Shown piece after piece: positions 19,255 to 21,535 of a stretch of 21,535 nucleotides of DNA. The translations under genes were made by a program, and so were the position numbers. The notes under the pieces were generated by a model. That model did no database searches. It saw nothing but the letters and a program-made list of their open reading frames with translations, and was not told the DNA's origin. The stretch's first letter is position 1. The number at the start of each line of letters is the position of its first letter. The DNA is from Planctomycetota bacterium (GTDB lineage: Bacteria > Planctomycetota > Planctomycetia > Gemmatales > Gemmataceae), in contig JACOUH010000213.1 in the NCBI GenBank assembly GCA_016177925.1, forward strand, positions 1 to 21,535. The letters are read 5' to 3'.

Positions 19255-20076
19255 TCAGGTCGCGGCCGTCGCGGTGCGGAAGCCGTTCCACGCCTCCCGC
19301 GCCTGCGGCGGCCAATGCACCTTGCGCGTGCAGCCGAGCACCTCGTGAAAAGCCATCGGCGTCGCAAAACCCCCACCGCGATCGACTTTGTCCGTAATCG
19401 ACCCGGCGCCGAGCTGCTGGCGGAAGGCGTCGTCCAGGCAGGGGTCGCGGAGCAGTCCCGTCTGGATGCAGAGGCGGCCGAACGGAGGCCAGTACCAGTC
19501 GGCGGTCCAGTTGTTGATGTTGCCGGCCATGTCGTGACAACCGTAGGGGCTAGCGCCGGCGGGATAGAGCCCGGTTGGCGTGGTGCGGCCGACGCGGCCA
19601 TCGAAGTTGGCCCGGTCATTGCCCGGCCAGTCGTCGCCCCAGGGATAGCGGCGGCCGTCGCTGCCGCGCGCTGCCTTCTCCCACTCGGCGTCGCTCGGCA
19701 GGCGCCGGCCGGCCCAGCGGGCGTAGGCGTCGGCCTCGTACCAGCTGACGCCGGCGACCGGCTGATCGGGGCCGTCCCAGCCCGGCTCTTCCCAGGTCAG
19801 CGGCCGGCCGGTGCGCGTTCGACAGCGCCACAGCCAGCCCTCCGGCGTCCACCAGCGCGGGTCCTCGTAACCGCCGGCCGCCAGGAAGCGAGCGAAGCGG
19901 ACGTTGGTGACCGGGTAGACGTCGATCCAGAAGGCAGACAACTCGACCGTTCGCTGCGGCTTCTCGTGGTCCTCGGCGAGAAGGTCGCCGTCGGCCAGGC
20001 CCATCAGGAAGGGCCCCGCCGGCACGAGCACCATGAGCGCAGCGTCGACCGGGTCTTCGCGAGTCTCGAGAGTCAT
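19255..20076 (-). CDS. Formylglycine-generating enzyme (FGE/SUMF1) family protein, 273 aa
   Basis: ATG at 20076. The sequence MVLVPAGPFLMG ... PQRTVELSAFWIDVYPVTNVRFARFL ... GVSWYEADAYARWAGRRLPSDAEWEKAARG ... GNINNWTADWY ... RGGGF...GFR is the FGE-sulfatase domain signature. Confidence 0.85.
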   Translation of the reverse strand: MTLETREDPVDAALMVLVPAGPFLMGLADGDLLAEDHEKPQRTVELSAFWIDVYPVTNVRFARFLAAGGYEDPRWWTPEGWLWRCRTRTGRPLTWEEPGWDGPDQPVAGVSWYEADAYARWAGRRLPSDAEWEKAARGSDGRRYPWGDDWPGNDRANFDGRVGRTTPTGLYPAGASPYGCHDMAGNINNWTADWYWPPFGRLCIQTGLLRDPCLDDAFRQQLGAGSITDKVDRGGGFATPMAFHEVLGCTRKVHWPPQAREAWNGFRTATAAT

Positions 20077-20301
20077 GGCCGATTCCGGCAGGCGAAACCT
20101 CTCGGCACAGGCACGAGTCAGCGTCTACCATAGCCATGCACCGGCACGGACGGACACAAAAAACCTCGAAATTCGTCCAGCCGGTCCGCGGCGAGGAAGC
20201 AGGCCGGCGGTGCGCTCCTTCTCCTTTGCAATCGTCTCGCGCATCGGCTATCTTGCAAACAGAGAATTCCCCTGGCGGAGGGCCAGGGGGTGGGAGGGGT
20301 G
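20077..20301. promoter_or_regulatory. Divergent promoter region between the FGE and J-domain-like genes
   Basis: TTGCAA, then 17 nt, then TATCTT at about 20228-20256, upstream of the ATG 20302 gene, which has a strong gggaggg Shine-Dalgarno sequence. This is a weak inference. Confidence 0.25.
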
Positions 20302-21495
20302 ATGAGTCCGAGCCCGAGCCACAAGACCGTCGACACCTTCGCCATCTGCGGCTGGCTGGGCGTCCCGCCCGACCAGTGGCCACCCGACCACTACACCCTG
20401 CTCGGCCTGCGTCCCGGCGAGTCCAGCGTCGAACGCATCGAGCAACAGATCCAGCAGCTCCTGGAGCGAGTGCGCCGCTACCAGCTGACGAACCCAGAAG
20501 CCGCCACCGAGGCAATGAATCGCCTCGCCCAGGCGTTCGTCTGCCTGACCGACGCGCAGGCCAAGCGGGCCTACGATTGCCTCCTGTTCGGCCCGCCTGC
20601 CGCCCCGGAACCGCCCCCCAGGCCGGAGGCTGCGCCGCGTCCCAACGGCCTGCCGGAACCGATCGTGCCGGCTGCTCGGCCGGCAGATACGCAGCCTCTC
20701 TCGCGCCGCGACACCGACACATCCCCCGCTTACCAGCCGACGCTCCTTGACCTCACGCCGCCCGACCCGCCCGAGGTCCCGGACTTGTTGCCGGCGGACG
20801 AGGAGGAAGCGGTCGACCCCGAACTGTTGGCACTGGTCGAGGAGGAGGTCCGCGCCGAGGAGAAGCGGGCCGCTGCGTTGGCAGCGCTGGCGCCACCCAA
20901 CGAACCGCCTGCCCTTCCACTCCCCGCGGTGCTCGACCGCCCGCCCGAGCCCCTCGAGCCGTTCCTGAAGGCGGCGCAGTCCTCGCGGGTGGCCCGCCGC
21001 GGCTTGGGGACCAAACGCGCCCTCTATTATCGGATTAGCCGGACGCGAGCCCTGCTCCGGGTCTGGGATCAGGCCGGCAAGTTCCTCAACGAGCCCTCCC
21101 GCCGGCTGAGGCGCCCCTCCGAGGCTCGCGAGCTGCTCGAACAGCTCGCTTCGATCCGCCGCCTGCTGGAGAGCTTTCCGCCCCTGCTTGGCGAGGCGGG
21201 ACAGCCGGGCTACCTGGTCATGGCGTTGGCCCGCCAGCAAATCGTCGTGCCCACCTTCCAGACGTTGCTGCCCAGCCAGCGCGAGGCCCTTGCCCGCGAT
21301 TGGTCGCAGGCACAGAAGCTGCTCGCCACCCACAAGGACTTCCTCCGCCAGGAACTGCGCGTCCTCCGCCGCAAGACCGCCGTTGGCCGCGCTGTGCGCG
21401 CCCTCAGCGCCTTCCTCGACGAGCATCCCGGCGGGTTCCTCGTGCTGCTGGGACTGCTGGCCCTCGCCGTCGCTCTGTGGCGCGAATACCTCTGA
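20302..21495 (+). CDS. Membrane-anchored protein with a degenerate N-terminal J-domain (HPD replaced), a Pro/acidic-rich linker and a C-terminal TM helix (397 aa)
   Basis: The J-domain-like stretch DHYTLLGLRPGESSVERIEQQIQQLLERVRRYQLTNPEAATEAMNRLAQAFVCLTDAQAKRAYD matches the pattern DYY.iLGv ... Y..HPD ... L..AYEVL.D...R..YD, but has QLT where HPD should be. The linker is rich in P, E and A, and the C-terminal TM helix is GFLVLLGLLALAVALW. Confidence 0.65.
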   Translation: MSPSPSHKTVDTFAICGWLGVPPDQWPPDHYTLLGLRPGESSVERIEQQIQQLLERVRRYQLTNPEAATEAMNRLAQAFVCLTDAQAKRAYDCLLFGPPAAPEPPPRPEAAPRPNGLPEPIVPAARPADTQPLSRRDTDTSPAYQPTLLDLTPPDPPEVPDLLPADEEEAVDPELLALVEEEVRAEEKRAAALAALAPPNEPPALPLPAVLDRPPEPLEPFLKAAQSSRVARRGLGTKRALYYRISRTRALLRVWDQAGKFLNEPSRRLRRPSEARELLEQLASIRRLLESFPPLLGEAGQPGYLVMALARQQIVVPTFQTLLPSQREALARDWSQAQKLLATHKDFLRQELRVLRRKTAVGRAVRALSAFLDEHPGGFLVLLGLLALAVALWREYL

Positions 21496-21535
21496 CCGGC
21501 GCGCTTTTCTCCTTCGCCTTCTGGCGAGCGGGGGG

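Noticed and set aside
19616-20722. 368-aa minus-strand arginine-rich ORF
   Set aside because: It overlaps the FGE gene on the same strand in another frame and is antisense to the J-domain-like gene, and its sequence is low-complexity.

Overview
This is a ~21.5 kb, very GC-rich (~68%) chromosomal segment with a Planctomycetota-like gene repertoire. The marker is the PSCyt/PSD (DUF1549/DUF1553) and DUF1501 gene pair; the family also abounds in DUF1080 proteins. I found no rRNA, tRNA or CRISPR. All product calls rest on motifs I recognise by eye, since no searches could be run. Many long ORFs on the track are antisense or alternate-frame GC artefacts and were discarded.

Gene order, with strand:
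- (-) DUF1501 protein, 230-1498.
- (-) a compositionally foreign two-domain gene, 1502-2464.
- (-) a 1058-aa PSCyt/PSD protein, 2556-5732.
- (-) DoxX, 5830-6213.
- (-) a serine hydrolase of the beta-lactamase family, 6305-7432.
- (-) a small membrane protein, 7420-7890.
- (+) an HExxH protein, 8168-8953.
- (-) an SPFH/flotillin protein, 8991-10427.
- (+) an RluA-family pseudouridine synthase, 10637-11344, translationally coupled (GTGA) to a DUF4392-like protein, 11341-12360.
- (+) a polyamine cluster: speH (12644-13015), a 659-aa membrane protein with two zinc ribbons (13030-15006), a 61-aa membrane protein (15032-15217), and a membrane-anchored spermidine synthase (15214-16779).
- (+) a Tat-lipoprotein FAD amine-oxidase-like enzyme, 16919-18595.
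- (-) a hypothetical protein, 18683-19216.
- (-) an FGE-family protein, 19255-20076.
- (+) a membrane-anchored protein with a degenerate J-domain, 20302-21495.

The most interesting items:
1. A low-GC, apparently horizontally inserted gene sits between the normally adjacent PSD and DUF1501 genes. It fuses a DUF1080-like beta-sandwich to a nucleoside 2-deoxyribosyltransferase-like (NDT/TIR-fold) domain.
2. A perfect 56-bp palindrome lies in-frame inside the conserved PSD protein and adds about 18 residues.
3. The polyamine cluster carries two uncharacterised membrane components and is bracketed by nested-palindrome elements. One of these looks MITE-like, with CTTAG direct repeats on its flanks.
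4. REP-like tandem palindromic units occur in at least two places.
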